A DNA stretch of 64,000 bases from contig JBHLOC010000014.1 in the NCBI GenBank assembly GCA_048940925.1, forward strand, positions 15,184-79,183, read 5' to 3'. Under the pieces are notes generated by a model. It saw nothing but the letters and a program-made list of their open reading frames with translations, made no database searches and was not told where the DNA came from. Both the position numbers and the translations under genes were made by a program. Below, one piece after another: positions 50,132 to 60,665 of this stretch. Numbering within the stretch: the first letter of the stretch is position 1; each line of letters starts with the position of its first letter. Source of the DNA: Promethearchaeota archaeon (GTDB lineage Archaea; Asgardarchaeota; Lokiarchaeia; Sigyniarchaeales; SOKP01).

Positions 50132-52402
50132 ATGAAATTTGACAATAAAATGAGTTTATTTAAAGTCACATTAGATAGGGAATACAAGGACATGTTTTTA
50201 ACAACTCTTGCTGAAGCCAAGGTTACCCATATAAAAGCAAGAAGTGAATATCAAGTGAAAAAAAGTAAAGAAGAAGAAGACATATTTAAAGAAAAAGTCA
50301 AAAACTTAAGGCTTAACCTAGATGTTTTATTTAAAAAATTAGAAATTGATGAACTTGACTTTCAAGGAATAAAAGTGAAATCCAAAGAAAAAGTAATATA
50401 TAATTCTAAAGACTCACATGAGTTAATAAATGATCTTTTAGAAGAAATTAATTATTATACAAATCGATTCGACGAATTAGAAAGATATATTACAAATTCA
50501 AAAATAGAATTAGAAAAAATCACTAGTTTAAAATTTACCTATCACTTTCTTGAACAATTTAACTTAAATCGTAGTAATCTAGCTAGTTTAACTCAATTTT
50601 CTTTTAGAGCTTATACTACTTTTTCAAAGAATTTAGGAATAATAAATTCTCTGTTTGATTTTTCTGAATTTCCTCATATCATTCAAACTGAACCTATAAC
50701 GAGTGAGAGATCTGCAATTTTTATAATTTATCTAAAAGAACAAGAAAGTGATTTGAGAGAGAAACTTAGCATTATTCATGCTGAAGAAGTACCTATAATA
50801 AAGAAATACTTGACTCCAGATGGAATTAACTTTGAGAGAATAGATAAGGAAGTTGAACTTATGGTGAATTATCTATCAAAATATGAAAAAGAAATAAATA
50901 GAATTAGAGAGGCAAATTTATTAAAATTTGCGGCGATGAATGAAGTTATATCTAATCTTGAAGAATATAATTGGGCAGAAAATCAGTTTGAAGAGTTATC
51001 ATTAAATCGATTAAGTTATAAATTTTTTACACTTCAAGTAAAAAAAGAAGATATAGCACAGAAATTAACTGATCTTTTTCATGATAAAATAGATATTGAA
51101 ATATTTGATATTGGAAAAAGGGGCGAAATATTAAAAAATGAAAAAATAAAAGAAGAAGGAGTTAACCATATAACAAAAGAAAATATTATTGATAAAAAAG
51201 AAGACTCAAAAGAAATAAAAGAAGATATAGAAAAGGGGACTCCTACTATGATGACTCATAATCGTATAATAAGACCTTTTGAAACATTAACAAGAATGTA
51301 TGGTACACCCTCCTACTCTGAAATTGACCCTACTCCTTTTTTATTCATTACATTTCCTTTACTATTTGGATTTATGTTTGGAGATATAGGACATGGACTA
51401 GTCTTAATAATTTCTGGAATTGTTGGTTCTATAGTATTTAAAAAGCGAGGAGGAGATCTCTATAATTTTTGTTGGATAATTTTCTGGTGCGGTATATGGG
51501 CTGTTTTAGGTGGTTTTCTCTACGGTGAATTTTTTGGATCTGAAGATATACTAGGATACCGTCTTAAATCCATTCCAATTCCACTTCCTTTCATAGGAGT
51601 AACAACTTTCCATGATCCCTTACACAATATAATACCAATCTTAATGTTAACATTAGCCATTGGAGTTATTCAAATTAATTTAGGGTGGACACTTCAATTT
51701 ATAAATTATTGGAAGGAATCCAAAAAATATCTTGCTTTTAGTGAATCTTTGATAAAAATTTTATTTTTAGATGGTTTCATATTATTACTTGTTCTATGGG
51801 GATTTAATCTTAATGCATGGTTTTCTGCACCATTCCCTCCTATTTTATTACCTTTAATACCAGGTCTTTTATTGGTAATTCTTAAACCACTTGGAAAAGT
51901 CTTTGGAATATCGTATTTAAAAGCATCTTCAGTTGCTGCACTATTAGGAGAAGGATCAATTGATACATTTGAAACTGTTTTATCAGTGCCGAGTAATGTT
52001 TTATCATATATAAGGATACTAGCCTTAGCCTTAGCGCATGTAGCATTGATGCTTGCAATTACAGCGATGATTGAAACAATTCCAGGATCAGGTATATTTA
52101 TCCAAATAATAATTGTAATAGCATTGATATTTGGGAATATTGTAGTAATTGTTTTGGAGGGAATTCTTGTATTTTTAAATGCTCTTAGGTTACACTTTTA
52201 TGAATTCTTTTTCAAGTTTTTTCATGGCTCTGGCTCTGAATTCATTCCTTTTATTTTGAAGGATGATTATTCAGTCATGAATTTTAATGTAGATGAGAAA
52301 GGTGATATAATTTCAACAGAAATAGAAAAAGAGATAGAAACCGAGAAAACTAAAGAAGAAATTGAAGATGCGCGGAAATATATCTACAATCAATTTTTTT
52401 AA
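50132..52402 (+). CDS. atpI: A/V-type ATPase subunit I (a)
   Basis: PFETLTRMYGTPSYSEIDPT, FGFMFGDIGHG, LSYIRILAL (essential Arg), LRLHFYEFFFKF. Confidence 0.95.
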   Translation: MKFDNKMSLFKVTLDREYKDMFLTTLAEAKVTHIKARSEYQVKKSKEEEDIFKEKVKNLRLNLDVLFKKLEIDELDFQGIKVKSKEKVIYNSKDSHELINDLLEEINYYTNRFDELERYITNSKIELEKITSLKFTYHFLEQFNLNRSNLASLTQFSFRAYTTFSKNLGIINSLFDFSEFPHIIQTEPITSERSAIFIIYLKEQESDLREKLSIIHAEEVPIIKKYLTPDGINFERIDKEVELMVNYLSKYEKEINRIREANLLKFAAMNEVISNLEEYNWAENQFEELSLNRLSYKFFTLQVKKEDIAQKLTDLFHDKIDIEIFDIGKRGEILKNEKIKEEGVNHITKENIIDKKEDSKEIKEDIEKGTPTMMTHNRIIRPFETLTRMYGTPSYSEIDPTPFLFITFPLLFGFMFGDIGHGLVLIISGIVGSIVFKKRGGDLYNFCWIIFWCGIWAVLGGFLYGEFFGSEDILGYRLKSIPIPLPFIGVTTFHDPLHNIIPILMLTLAIGVIQINLGWTLQFINYWKESKKYLAFSESLIKILFLDGFILLLVLWGFNLNAWFSAPFPPILLPLIPGLLLVILKPLGKVFGISYLKASSVAALLGEGSIDTFETVLSVPSNVLSYIRILALALAHVALMLAITAMIETIPGSGIFIQIIIVIALIFGNIVVIVLEGILVFLNALRLHFYEFFFKFFHGSGSEFIPFILKDDYSVMNFNVDEKGDIISTEIEKEIETEKTKEEIEDARKYIYNQFF

Positions 52403-52510
52403 TATACCAAAAAATAATTTTTTACCGATTATTGATATGTTAATTATTATTTCACAAAATTTAGTCAGCAATAATATATAGATTACACAATGTTCTTAAT
52501 TAAATGAATA

Positions 52511-52930
52511 ATGACTCTTGAGAAACAAAATAGCATTAGAAAACATTCAAAAAAATTTTACATTTTTAGAATAATATTATTGACAATATATGTAGGTTTT
52601 CTGATCCTCCTATATAGAATTCTACTTGATTTTGGTAGTTCTCATCTAATAGCTATTTTAATTTTCACTTTTGCTTTTTTAGTTTTTTTAGGATTATTAG
52701 TTAAAAGTAAAGATCTATCTCTCCTTTCATTATTCAAACGAAAAAAAATAAAAAAAGAGAATTATATAAAAGATTATGAAAAATACCACCCACATTTAAG
52801 AAGGGTTGATTATGTTAATCTTAATTTAAAATATCGTAAACCAATTGTACGTAAATGCAGTAATTGTGGAATTGTTTTAGCAGGATTCGTAAAGAGATGC
52901 CCTAATTGTGGTGAAAAGATCGCTCAATAA
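52511..52930 (+). CDS. Two-TM membrane protein with C-terminal zinc ribbon
   Basis: Two TM helices; CSNCG..CPNCG. Confidence 0.75.
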   Translation: MTLEKQNSIRKHSKKFYIFRIILLTIYVGFLILLYRILLDFGSSHLIAILIFTFAFLVFLGLLVKSKDLSLLSLFKRKKIKKENYIKDYEKYHPHLRRVDYVNLNLKYRKPIVRKCSNCGIVLAGFVKRCPNCGEKIAQ

Positions 52931-52983
52931 TGAAATGAGAGTATTTTTATTTTATATATATTATCAGAAAAATTTAAAAAAAA

Positions 52984-54801
52984 ATGTCAGAAATAAAACG
53001 GGGATATATTTCAGCAATTTATGGTTCTTTAATTGAAGTGAAGGGATTAGGAAATAGAACACGACTTTTTGACTTGATTAAAGTCACTAACAGCAACATT
53101 TTAAGTGAGATAATTCAAATTCATAAAGATTATGTAATCGCCCAAAGTTTTGAGAGTACCATTAATTTGAGATTAAAGGATGAAGTTATAAATTTGCAAC
53201 AACCATTATCTATGGAATTAGCTCCAGGTCTTTTATCTCATGTATTTGATGGACTCCAAAGACCTTTAGAAATCTCATTTCAAAAGTTTAAAGGAGGTGA
53301 ATTAAGACCAGGTATTGATTTTAATTCTTTATCAAGAACAAAAAAATGGCATTTTATACCCCAAAAAAGAGTAAATGATAAGATAAATGGTGGTGAAATA
53401 ATCGGGATTGTTCCAGAAACTCCGGTTTTAGACCATAAAATCTTAATACCTCATGAGATATCTGGTAAATTATCGTTTGTGGCAGAAGAGGGAGATTATA
53501 ACATTACTAACGAAATTTACAGAATAAAAAGTAATGGGGAAGAATTAGCTTTTTGTATGTTGGAAACATGCCCAATTAATGTCCAAAGACCCTTTAAAAA
53601 AAAAATACAACCAACAAAACCACTCCTAACAGGTATCAGAACAATTGATTTATTATTTCCTATCGCAAAAGGTGGAACTTTTGCAATTCCTGGAGGTTTT
53701 GGAACAGGTAAGACTGTTATTCAAGAATCCATCGCGAAATACTGCAATGCTGATGTGATTGTCTTTATAGGGTGTGGAGAACCTGGCAATGAAATTGCTC
53801 ATATAATGAAAGAATTTTCAGAAAATTTTGACTCAAATGGATATCCATTATTAGATCATATAATTCTTGTTGTCAACACTTCAAATATGCCTGTGTCAGC
53901 ACGAGAAGCAAGTCTTTTTTCAGGAATAACAATAGCAGAATACTATAGGGATATGGGATATGATGTTGCTGTAATTGCTGATAGTATTTCAAGGTGGGCA
54001 GAAGCTTTAAGAGAAATCTCAAGCTTATTGGAAGAAATGCCTGCGGAAGAGGGATATCCAGCATATTTACCATCAAAACTTTCAAGTTTTTATGAACGAG
54101 CTGGTTCTGTAATAAACTATGGGCAAAATCTTTCTGGTAATGAAAGATTTGGATCTCTAACTGTTATTGGTTCAATATCACCTCCAGCAGGTGATTTTAA
54201 CGAACCAGTTACCGCTGCCACAAAACGTATCGTTCAAGGCGTATGGGCATTAGATCCAAAGTTAGCTTATTTAAAACATTATCCTGCTATTGATTGGCTT
54301 AATTCTTATTCAAACTATCCTGAATATATTTTAAACTGGTGGAAAGAAAATGATATTATTTGGGATGAAGCAACTCTTGATTGGTATGAATGTCGTGAAT
54401 TAATAAATGAAATTTTATCGAAAGAGAATGATTTTAAATTAGCTGTACAATTAACAGGAGAATTAGACCTAACAGAAACTCAGAAATTCGATCTTCTTAC
54501 AGCAAAGTTAATTAGAAATAGTTTTCTCATCCAAAATGCATATGATAACATTGATAATTTTACTGATTATAAGAAATTATTAGTGTTGATTAAGTTAATC
54601 CTCTTAATTTACAAGGAGGGAAAAACCCTCTTGAAAACAGGATTCTCATTTGAAGAAAGTCAATTTGATCAGGTAATAAATAGTATTAAAAATATAAATA
54701 ATTCAATCTCTAATGAAAATTATAATCAAATTGAAAAATTAAAAAACAAAATTTTAGATGAGTCTTTAAGTTTAATATTTCCCTCTCGAAAAATGAAATA
54801 A
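52984..54801 (+). CDS. atpA: Second A/V-type ATPase subunit A paralog (GEP variant)
   Basis: [22 protein letters not shown] and [13 protein letters not shown] are intact, but GCGEPGNE replaces GCGERGNE (CCT at 53782-53784). Confidence 0.93.
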   Translation: MSEIKRGYISAIYGSLIEVKGLGNRTRLFDLIKVTNSNILSEIIQIHKDYVIAQSFESTINLRLKDEVINLQQPLSMELAPGLLSHVFDGLQRPLEISFQKFKGGELRPGIDFNSLSRTKKWHFIPQKRVNDKINGGEIIGIVPETPVLDHKILIPHEISGKLSFVAEEGDYNITNEIYRIKSNGEELAFCMLETCPINVQRPFKKKIQPTKPLLTGIRTIDLLFPIAKGGTFAIPGGFGTGKTVIQESIAKYCNADVIVFIGCGEPGNEIAHIMKEFSENFDSNGYPLLDHIILVVNTSNMPVSAREASLFSGITIAEYYRDMGYDVAVIADSISRWAEALREISSLLEEMPAEEGYPAYLPSKLSSFYERAGSVINYGQNLSGNERFGSLTVIGSISPPAGDFNEPVTAATKRIVQGVWALDPKLAYLKHYPAIDWLNSYSNYPEYILNWWKENDIIWDEATLDWYECRELINEILSKENDFKLAVQLTGELDLTETQKFDLLTAKLIRNSFLIQNAYDNIDNFTDYKKLLVLIKLILLIYKEGKTLLKTGFSFEESQFDQVINSIKNINNSISNENYNQIEKLKNKILDESLSLIFPSRKMK

Positions 54802-55008
54802 ACTTATTATACTGACAAAATTCCTTACTTTGAAAAGTGCTAAAGTATAGATTTTGTTATTTTTAAATTGTAAATTAAAAAATGAAATAATATAACGCAT
54901 TTTCTAAAAATTTCTGAGTATTAAACAGTAAATCGCTTAAATAAGAAAAGTTATAAAAGGTAAAAATAAATAAACAATATTGTGTGAAAATTATCTATTT
55001 TTTAAATC

Positions 55009-55461
55009 ATGATTGAAGAAATAAGATATAATTCAATTTTAGTTCCAATTGATGGTTCTAATCGAAGTTTTAATGCAGTTAGATATGCTCTAAAACTAGC
55101 AATGTTTTTTAGAGATAGTTTAGTTACAATTTGTCATGTAGTAAATAAAGATAAAATAAAACAAATATCATCATACCAAGGAGAAAATAGAGACCAGCTT
55201 GAACAAAAATTTATTGGACAAGGGGAGAAATATTGCAAAAGGGCAGAAGAGGAAGCAAAACTGATAGGATTTAACGATAATAACCTAGAAAGTAAAATTC
55301 TCCTTGGTGAACCAGTAGAAGAAATTATTAATATTGCTAAAAATTACGATCTAATTATAATGGCAGCACGAGGTAAAGAACATATTAGAGAATTTGTGAT
55401 TGGTCATGTTACAGATCGCATTATTCGATTATCAGACATCCCTGTTCTTATTGTCCCATAA
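55009..55461 (+). CDS. Universal stress protein
   Basis: ILVPIDGS, DLIIMAARG..VIGHVTDRIIR..PVLIVP. Confidence 0.92.
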   Translation: MIEEIRYNSILVPIDGSNRSFNAVRYALKLAMFFRDSLVTICHVVNKDKIKQISSYQGENRDQLEQKFIGQGEKYCKRAEEEAKLIGFNDNNLESKILLGEPVEEIINIAKNYDLIIMAARGKEHIREFVIGHVTDRIIRLSDIPVLIVP

Positions 55462-55904
55462 TTTTTATGTTTATTTTTTAATTTTTTGATTTCAAGTCAA
55501 TGTTAAGGGTTTCTAAATTCAGGTTATTTTAAAGATCTTAGCAGAACCTCATATATAACGGAGTTTTTCACAAATTTTGTTAGTAGATTTTAAATTGAAT
55601 AAGTTAATTTAGCAAACATAATTTATAAAAAAGATATTAACAGTGGGTTTTATTAGATAGATAAAATACTTTTATTGGAAATAAATTTTTTACTTTTCAT
55701 ATCATTTGTAATGATTATTTTCATCGAAAAGAGAAAATTCCTCCTAAATGGAATAACTGATAATAACATCATTTTTTTTTAAAAAATCAATAATTCTTAA
55801 ACACAAGTTTAATTTAAGAATTAGATGCTATTTTTCTTAAACATTAAAATTATTGTATCAAAAAAAATTAATTAATAATCATTTTTAAAATTGGGAAAAA
55901 TTAA

Positions 55905-56183
55905 ATGAAAATAGATATAAAAGAATCAATTATAAAAAAGTGTGTTAATGAAATTTCAAATCTAATTAAAATGCAAATAGAAAAAGGGATTCAAGTTTTT
56001 CAAGCAATTGATAATGCATTACAGGAATTTGAGCTTGAAGATGAGATTATGATAAAATATGAAGTTGAAATGGTAAAAAGAGGTAATACTAAGAATCTAG
56101 ATATAAAACCAGCGCAAATTGATAAATTAAAGGATGAAATAATAAAATTGGTATATAATAAATATCTTAATAAAACAGATTAA
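55905..56183 (+). CDS. Hypothetical protein
   Basis: 92-aa ORF with ATG; no recognisable motif. Confidence 0.5.
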   Translation: MKIDIKESIIKKCVNEISNLIKMQIEKGIQVFQAIDNALQEFELEDEIMIKYEVEMVKRGNTKNLDIKPAQIDKLKDEIIKLVYNKYLNKTD

Positions 56184-56204
56184 TAATATTTTTGAGTATA
56201 GGAA

Positions 56205-57944
56205 CTATTTAACATGAATTAAACGGACTAGTGATCCAAATCCCAATATACTTGAAACAACTGATCCAAAAAATATTTGAATTATTATGAAAGAACTTAT
56301 CATAACTGAACTAAATTTGTTAGTTCTTTCATATATAATTGAGTTCATAACCATAACAGTTAAAAAAATTAAATAAGTAGCTAACATCGCACTTATAAGA
56401 AATAATTCACGAGAAAAATATACCAAGATAAAAATATTAATTGATTCCATTAATGCCGTAATTATTGTTTTATATTTTGGAGATGCTATGAAATTAAGCT
56501 TTGGATATATAATTTTTCTATAAAAGATTTCCATAGATAAATAAAAAGGATAAATTTCAAACGTCAAAATATATGACAACAAATTTACCGGAGAAAAAAA
56601 TGCAAATGGATATAAAAGTGAAAAAATAATATAGAACGATAAAAAGATACTAGTAGAAAAAAGAGAATATAATAACACATTTTTATGGAATTGAGACTTT
56701 ATTTCATCTACTAGTCTTAATTTAACATATATGCTAAATTTTTCTCCTTTTATTTCAGCACTTATTAAATACTTTATAAATATCGATATAAAATATATTG
56801 AAAGAATGATAATAGGTATAAAGAAGAGACTAGTTATTCCTATATATTTTAAAGGAAGAGCCCACAAAATTAGAAAACCTGAATAAAATAATATAATAAT
56901 AAAAGTATTCTGTATATTTGTAGATTTTTGGCTTTGATGATCTTCTTCCAATTTGATGATTTCTTTTGAGTAATCTTTAACTGAAAAGTATTTAAAGAAA
57001 TATTTCATAATTGCAATCGTTGTTAGGACTAATCCAAATAAACTTAAACCTAACAAAATATATGTATTGAGATAGGAGAGTTCAATAGGACCATTTTTTG
57101 TTTCAGACCCAAATAAATGCAATTCAAACCAGTTAATAGTTTCAATAATTACTTTATCAGTAAAAAGATAATGAGGTCCCCCAAATATATGGTGATCAAT
57201 CGTGATTAACTTGCAATTCGTTAAATTTTTTGCCACTAAAGCATTTTTGCTATATGGAACGGTTGAATCATAAATAGATTGAATAACCATTAAATTACTT
57301 GGAGAACTCTCATTTATAATTTTAGATGGAATAAATTTCATAAAAGTATTATCTTTTTCTATTCCAAAATAACTGGCAGAAAAGTTAACTAATCCAGCCC
57401 ATGTCACGGTTACTTTAAAACGCTTATCTAGAGCTGCATTCATTAAGGCTACCATCCCTCCTACTGAGTGTCCTACAAGTCCTATTTGAGATGAATTTAT
57501 TTTAGCAAATATTGGCATAGTAGTTAATTTATCTAATAATTTTGAGCAATCTTGAGCAATTGCTGGAACATTTGTTCGATTCATATAAGATTGAGAATTA
57601 ATATCTAAAAGACGACCTTCACTCTCTCCATTTCCTCTATAATCTATGGCAGCTACATAGAAACCTCTTTTAGTAAATTCATTTGGAATTCTTGGATCTA
57701 AGTCTTTTTGACTTCCTAACCCATGTGCAAAAATAATTAATGGGGCTTTATCTTGAAATTGCAGTTTTTTGATCGGATGAAAAAGATTTGCATAAAGTCT
57801 TGCTCCAGATGATTTAAAAAGAACTCTTTCATAAATCAAATAACTTTCAAATCTAAATGCATATAACGAACTCACAGAACCTATAAAAAATACTATCGAA
57901 AACAGGAAAAATTTATTAATTCTTCTTTTCTTTTTATTTTTCAT
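56205..57944 (-). CDS. Membrane-anchored alpha/beta hydrolase with multi-TM C-terminal domain
   Basis: N-terminal signal/TM, FAHGLG, DYRGNGES, GHSVGG, D (YDSTV), H (GPHY); about 8 C-terminal TM helices. Confidence 0.85.
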   Translation of the reverse strand: MKNKKKRRINKFFLFSIVFFIGSVSSLYAFRFESYLIYERVLFKSSGARLYANLFHPIKKLQFQDKAPLIIFAHGLGSQKDLDPRIPNEFTKRGFYVAAIDYRGNGESEGRLLDINSQSYMNRTNVPAIAQDCSKLLDKLTTMPIFAKINSSQIGLVGHSVGGMVALMNAALDKRFKVTVTWAGLVNFSASYFGIEKDNTFMKFIPSKIINESSPSNLMVIQSIYDSTVPYSKNALVAKNLTNCKLITIDHHIFGGPHYLFTDKVIIETINWFELHLFGSETKNGPIELSYLNTYILLGLSLFGLVLTTIAIMKYFFKYFSVKDYSKEIIKLEEDHQSQKSTNIQNTFIIILFYSGFLILWALPLKYIGITSLFFIPIIILSIYFISIFIKYLISAEIKGEKFSIYVKLRLVDEIKSQFHKNVLLYSLFSTSIFLSFYIIFSLLYPFAFFSPVNLLSYILTFEIYPFYLSMEIFYRKIIYPKLNFIASPKYKTIITALMESINIFILVYFSRELFLISAMLATYLIFLTVMVMNSIIYERTNKFSSVMISSFIIIQIFFGSVVSSILGFGSLVRLIHVK

Positions 57945-58453
57945 ACTTCTATGCTGATTATATTTTTAAGTTTCATCTTTTGGGTATTTAAAATTATTGA
58001 TTTATGAAAAAAATCTCTACTATTAAATTTTTTTCAATATCATATTATTAAATCATCACGAATTTTTAAGTTAAAATTTGAAAATTTACACAGAATAATT
58101 ATTCATTTACTATTTCTTAATAATTCATTTATTATTATTTTTAGAATAAACCTTCTGTCTAAATTTCACCCTTATTTTCTTACACCATTCAAACTTAAAA
58201 AAAAAATATTTCAATTCCTCATGAAATTATTGAAAAAATGTAATTCAAAAAAGGACCGAAAAATTATCCTAAAAAATTTGCATTTTTTGTTCCCTTTCCT
58301 TTATATCTCTTGAATTTCAAAAGTAAATAAAATTCTTCATGTAGACATATAATCTAAATTTTTAGTTTTAGTTATTTTATAATTTGTAAAGAATATCTTT
58401 TTCAAATCTTTTTGTTATTTAATAATTAAGAAAATCTATTGAGGTGAATAATT

Positions 58454-58909
58454 TTGTATAAAAAAATATTAGTTGGTATTGATGATTCCCAGGATGCGAT
58501 GGATGCTGTGAAAAAAGCATTAGAATTCAAAAAAAGTGAAAATAGTGAAGTCATTGTATTTCATTCTGTAATTCATCACATATCTGAACTTATTCCTAAT
58601 CTATCATTTACTGCAACTTCAACTACATCAGTTTCATTTTCAGTTCATGAAGACTATATTAATCTTGGAAGAAAAATATTAAAAACTGTTAAAAAACTGT
58701 TTGCTGATGATAATCAGCAAGTCGAAACTAGATTAATTTTTGATATATCTCCTGAAAACTATATCATAAAAAAAGTAGAAGAAGAAAACTTTGATTTGGT
58801 TATTTTAGGATGCAAGGGAAAACATTCAAAAATAAAGAGAACTTTTTTAGGTACAATACCAAATAGAGTGATTAATAATGCAGCTTGTGATGTCTTAATT
58901 GTTAGATAA
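58454..58909 (+). CDS. Universal stress protein
   Basis: KKILVGIDDS, DLVILGCKG..FLGTIPNRV..CDVLIVR; GAGGTGA + 6 nt + TTG. Confidence 0.92.
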   Translation: MYKKILVGIDDSQDAMDAVKKALEFKKSENSEVIVFHSVIHHISELIPNLSFTATSTTSVSFSVHEDYINLGRKILKTVKKLFADDNQQVETRLIFDISPENYIIKKVEEENFDLVILGCKGKHSKIKRTFLGTIPNRVINNAACDVLIVR

Positions 58910-59009
58910 GGTTAACGATTTTTGAGATGTTGAAAGTTAATAAAACAAATCAATTAAATAAATAAGACTTTAAACCGTTTAAATTTTGTTTTTTCTGTTC
59001 CAATTTATA

Positions 59010-59606
59010 TTATGGTTTAAACCATTCGAAGAAATAATACGATTTTGTTAATGGATTTGCAATAACAAATTTTTTCCTCACAGAGGTTGCTAACCTTCCT
59101 GCCCTTACCATATCTATAGCCGTAATTTCTGAATTGTGAGGTAACACATGAACCATAAAAAGTGAATGCTCAAGTCCTGGTCCTTTTTTATAGACTACAA
59201 AATCCGCTCCAAATTTAAGACCTGGTCGTGGAACATATTTCTTGTCTCTTAAATCTTTATATATAACATATTTATCTTCGAACTTGCTATGGACTTTTTT
59301 AGCTTTACTAAAAAACTCCTGGGCATTTAAATTTTGTTGCGTTTTAACATCAAAAACTGTAATTTCATTATGCTCTAATAAATAATATGCTTCTATTAAT
59401 GATAACTCACTAGGCTTTGAAAAATATTCTAATCGAGGTTTACTAATTCCAAGCGGACTTCCAAAAAAGTTTTTTTTCACATAGAGATAAGAAGCGTATA
59501 AAGGATTAAATACAATAACTCGATCATTTATAAATTTTGTAGGGATTCTATCTGGTATTTCAACGTCATCCAGAGAGATTTGTTCTTCCTTTCCTTCTTT
59601 CATCAA
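59010..59606 (-). CDS. endA: tRNA-intron (splicing) endonuclease, catalytic subunit
   Basis: LSLIEAYYL, YKDLRDK, GLKFGADFVVYKKGPGLEHS, RLATSVRK (Tyr/His/Lys triad). Confidence 0.93.
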   Translation of the reverse strand: MMKEGKEEQISLDDVEIPDRIPTKFINDRVIVFNPLYASYLYVKKNFFGSPLGISKPRLEYFSKPSELSLIEAYYLLEHNEITVFDVKTQQNLNAQEFFSKAKKVHSKFEDKYVIYKDLRDKKYVPRPGLKFGADFVVYKKGPGLEHSLFMVHVLPHNSEITAIDMVRAGRLATSVRKKFVIANPLTKSYYFFEWFKP

Positions 59607-59726
59607 TGAAGAGTTATTTACTATAACTTAATAAATCTTACAATTTCTCAATGACTAGATTAAATTATTAAAGTTGTAAAAATAATATTTTTAATATTGG
59701 AATAATAATTATCGGTGATTGATAGA

Positions 59727-60614
59727 ATGGTAATAAGAAAAGCAACTCACGCTGGAAGTTGGTATCCAGGATCAAAAAAAAGTTTGTCTGAAGCCTTAAG
59801 AGAATACTTTAAAGATGAAAAATTTGGCCCTAATGAAGATTTCTCATCAATGAATAAAGCTGAGAGAAGTATTATAGGGGGAGTTTCACCCCATGCTGGA
59901 ATGGCTTATTCTGGACCCTGTGCTGCATTTACTTACTTAAATCTATTTAAAGAAAAAATACCTGATACAGTTATAATTTTAGGTACCGATCACATAGGAT
60001 ATCATAAAATAGCAATGATGAGAAAAGGAGAATGGGAAACTCCATTAGGAAACTTGAAGATAGATGAAAAATTATCAGAAGCAATTATCGAAAATACCAA
60101 AATAATTAAAGAAGATAATTCTCTTTTCATGGGTTTTCAAGCAGAGCAAGAACATAATATAGAAATTCAGTTGCCATTCATAAAATATTGCTCTCAAGAT
60201 AAAGATGTGAATATAGTTCCTATTAAAATAGCTGGTACGAGAGATTTTAAAACGTTGAACGAAATTTCCAATGATATTGCTAAAGGAATAATATCAATTG
60301 ATAAAGATGTTGTCATTGTAGCTTCTTCTGATATGTCACATAAATCGGTAAGTAATTTAGACGAATTAGATGAATTTAAAAAGATTGATAGAGCTATGAT
60401 TGATGAATTTGAAAATCTAAACCCTGAAAAAACCCTTGAAGCTGCTTTAAAAACTTCAATATGTGGTCCACAAACAATTACTAGTATGATGTTGATTTGT
60501 AAAAATCTAAATGCAACTAAAGGGAAGTTATTGAAATATTACACAAGTTCTGAAAGAACTGGAAGTATTGGCGGCTATTGTGTAGGATACTTTTCAGGAA
60601 TATTAATTAAATAA
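59727..60614 (+). CDS. MEMO1 family protein (AmmeMemoRadiSam protein B)
   Basis: RKATHAGSWYP, PHAGMAYSG, WETPLG, EHNIEIQLPF, SSDMSH, ICG, VGY. ATG 59727 lies 8 nt after GGTGA. Confidence 0.92.
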   Translation: MVIRKATHAGSWYPGSKKSLSEALREYFKDEKFGPNEDFSSMNKAERSIIGGVSPHAGMAYSGPCAAFTYLNLFKEKIPDTVIILGTDHIGYHKIAMMRKGEWETPLGNLKIDEKLSEAIIENTKIIKEDNSLFMGFQAEQEHNIEIQLPFIKYCSQDKDVNIVPIKIAGTRDFKTLNEISNDIAKGIISIDKDVVIVASSDMSHKSVSNLDELDEFKKIDRAMIDEFENLNPEKTLEAALKTSICGPQTITSMMLICKNLNATKGKLLKYYTSSERTGSIGGYCVGYFSGILIK

Positions 60615-60665
60615 TATTTTATTAGAGATTAAAATTTAATATTAATAAATATTTCCATAAGAAAG

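Noticed and set aside
46246-54801. Inteins in the ATPase A subunits
   Set aside because: Both copies are normal length and continuous across the GKT and GCGE insertion sites.
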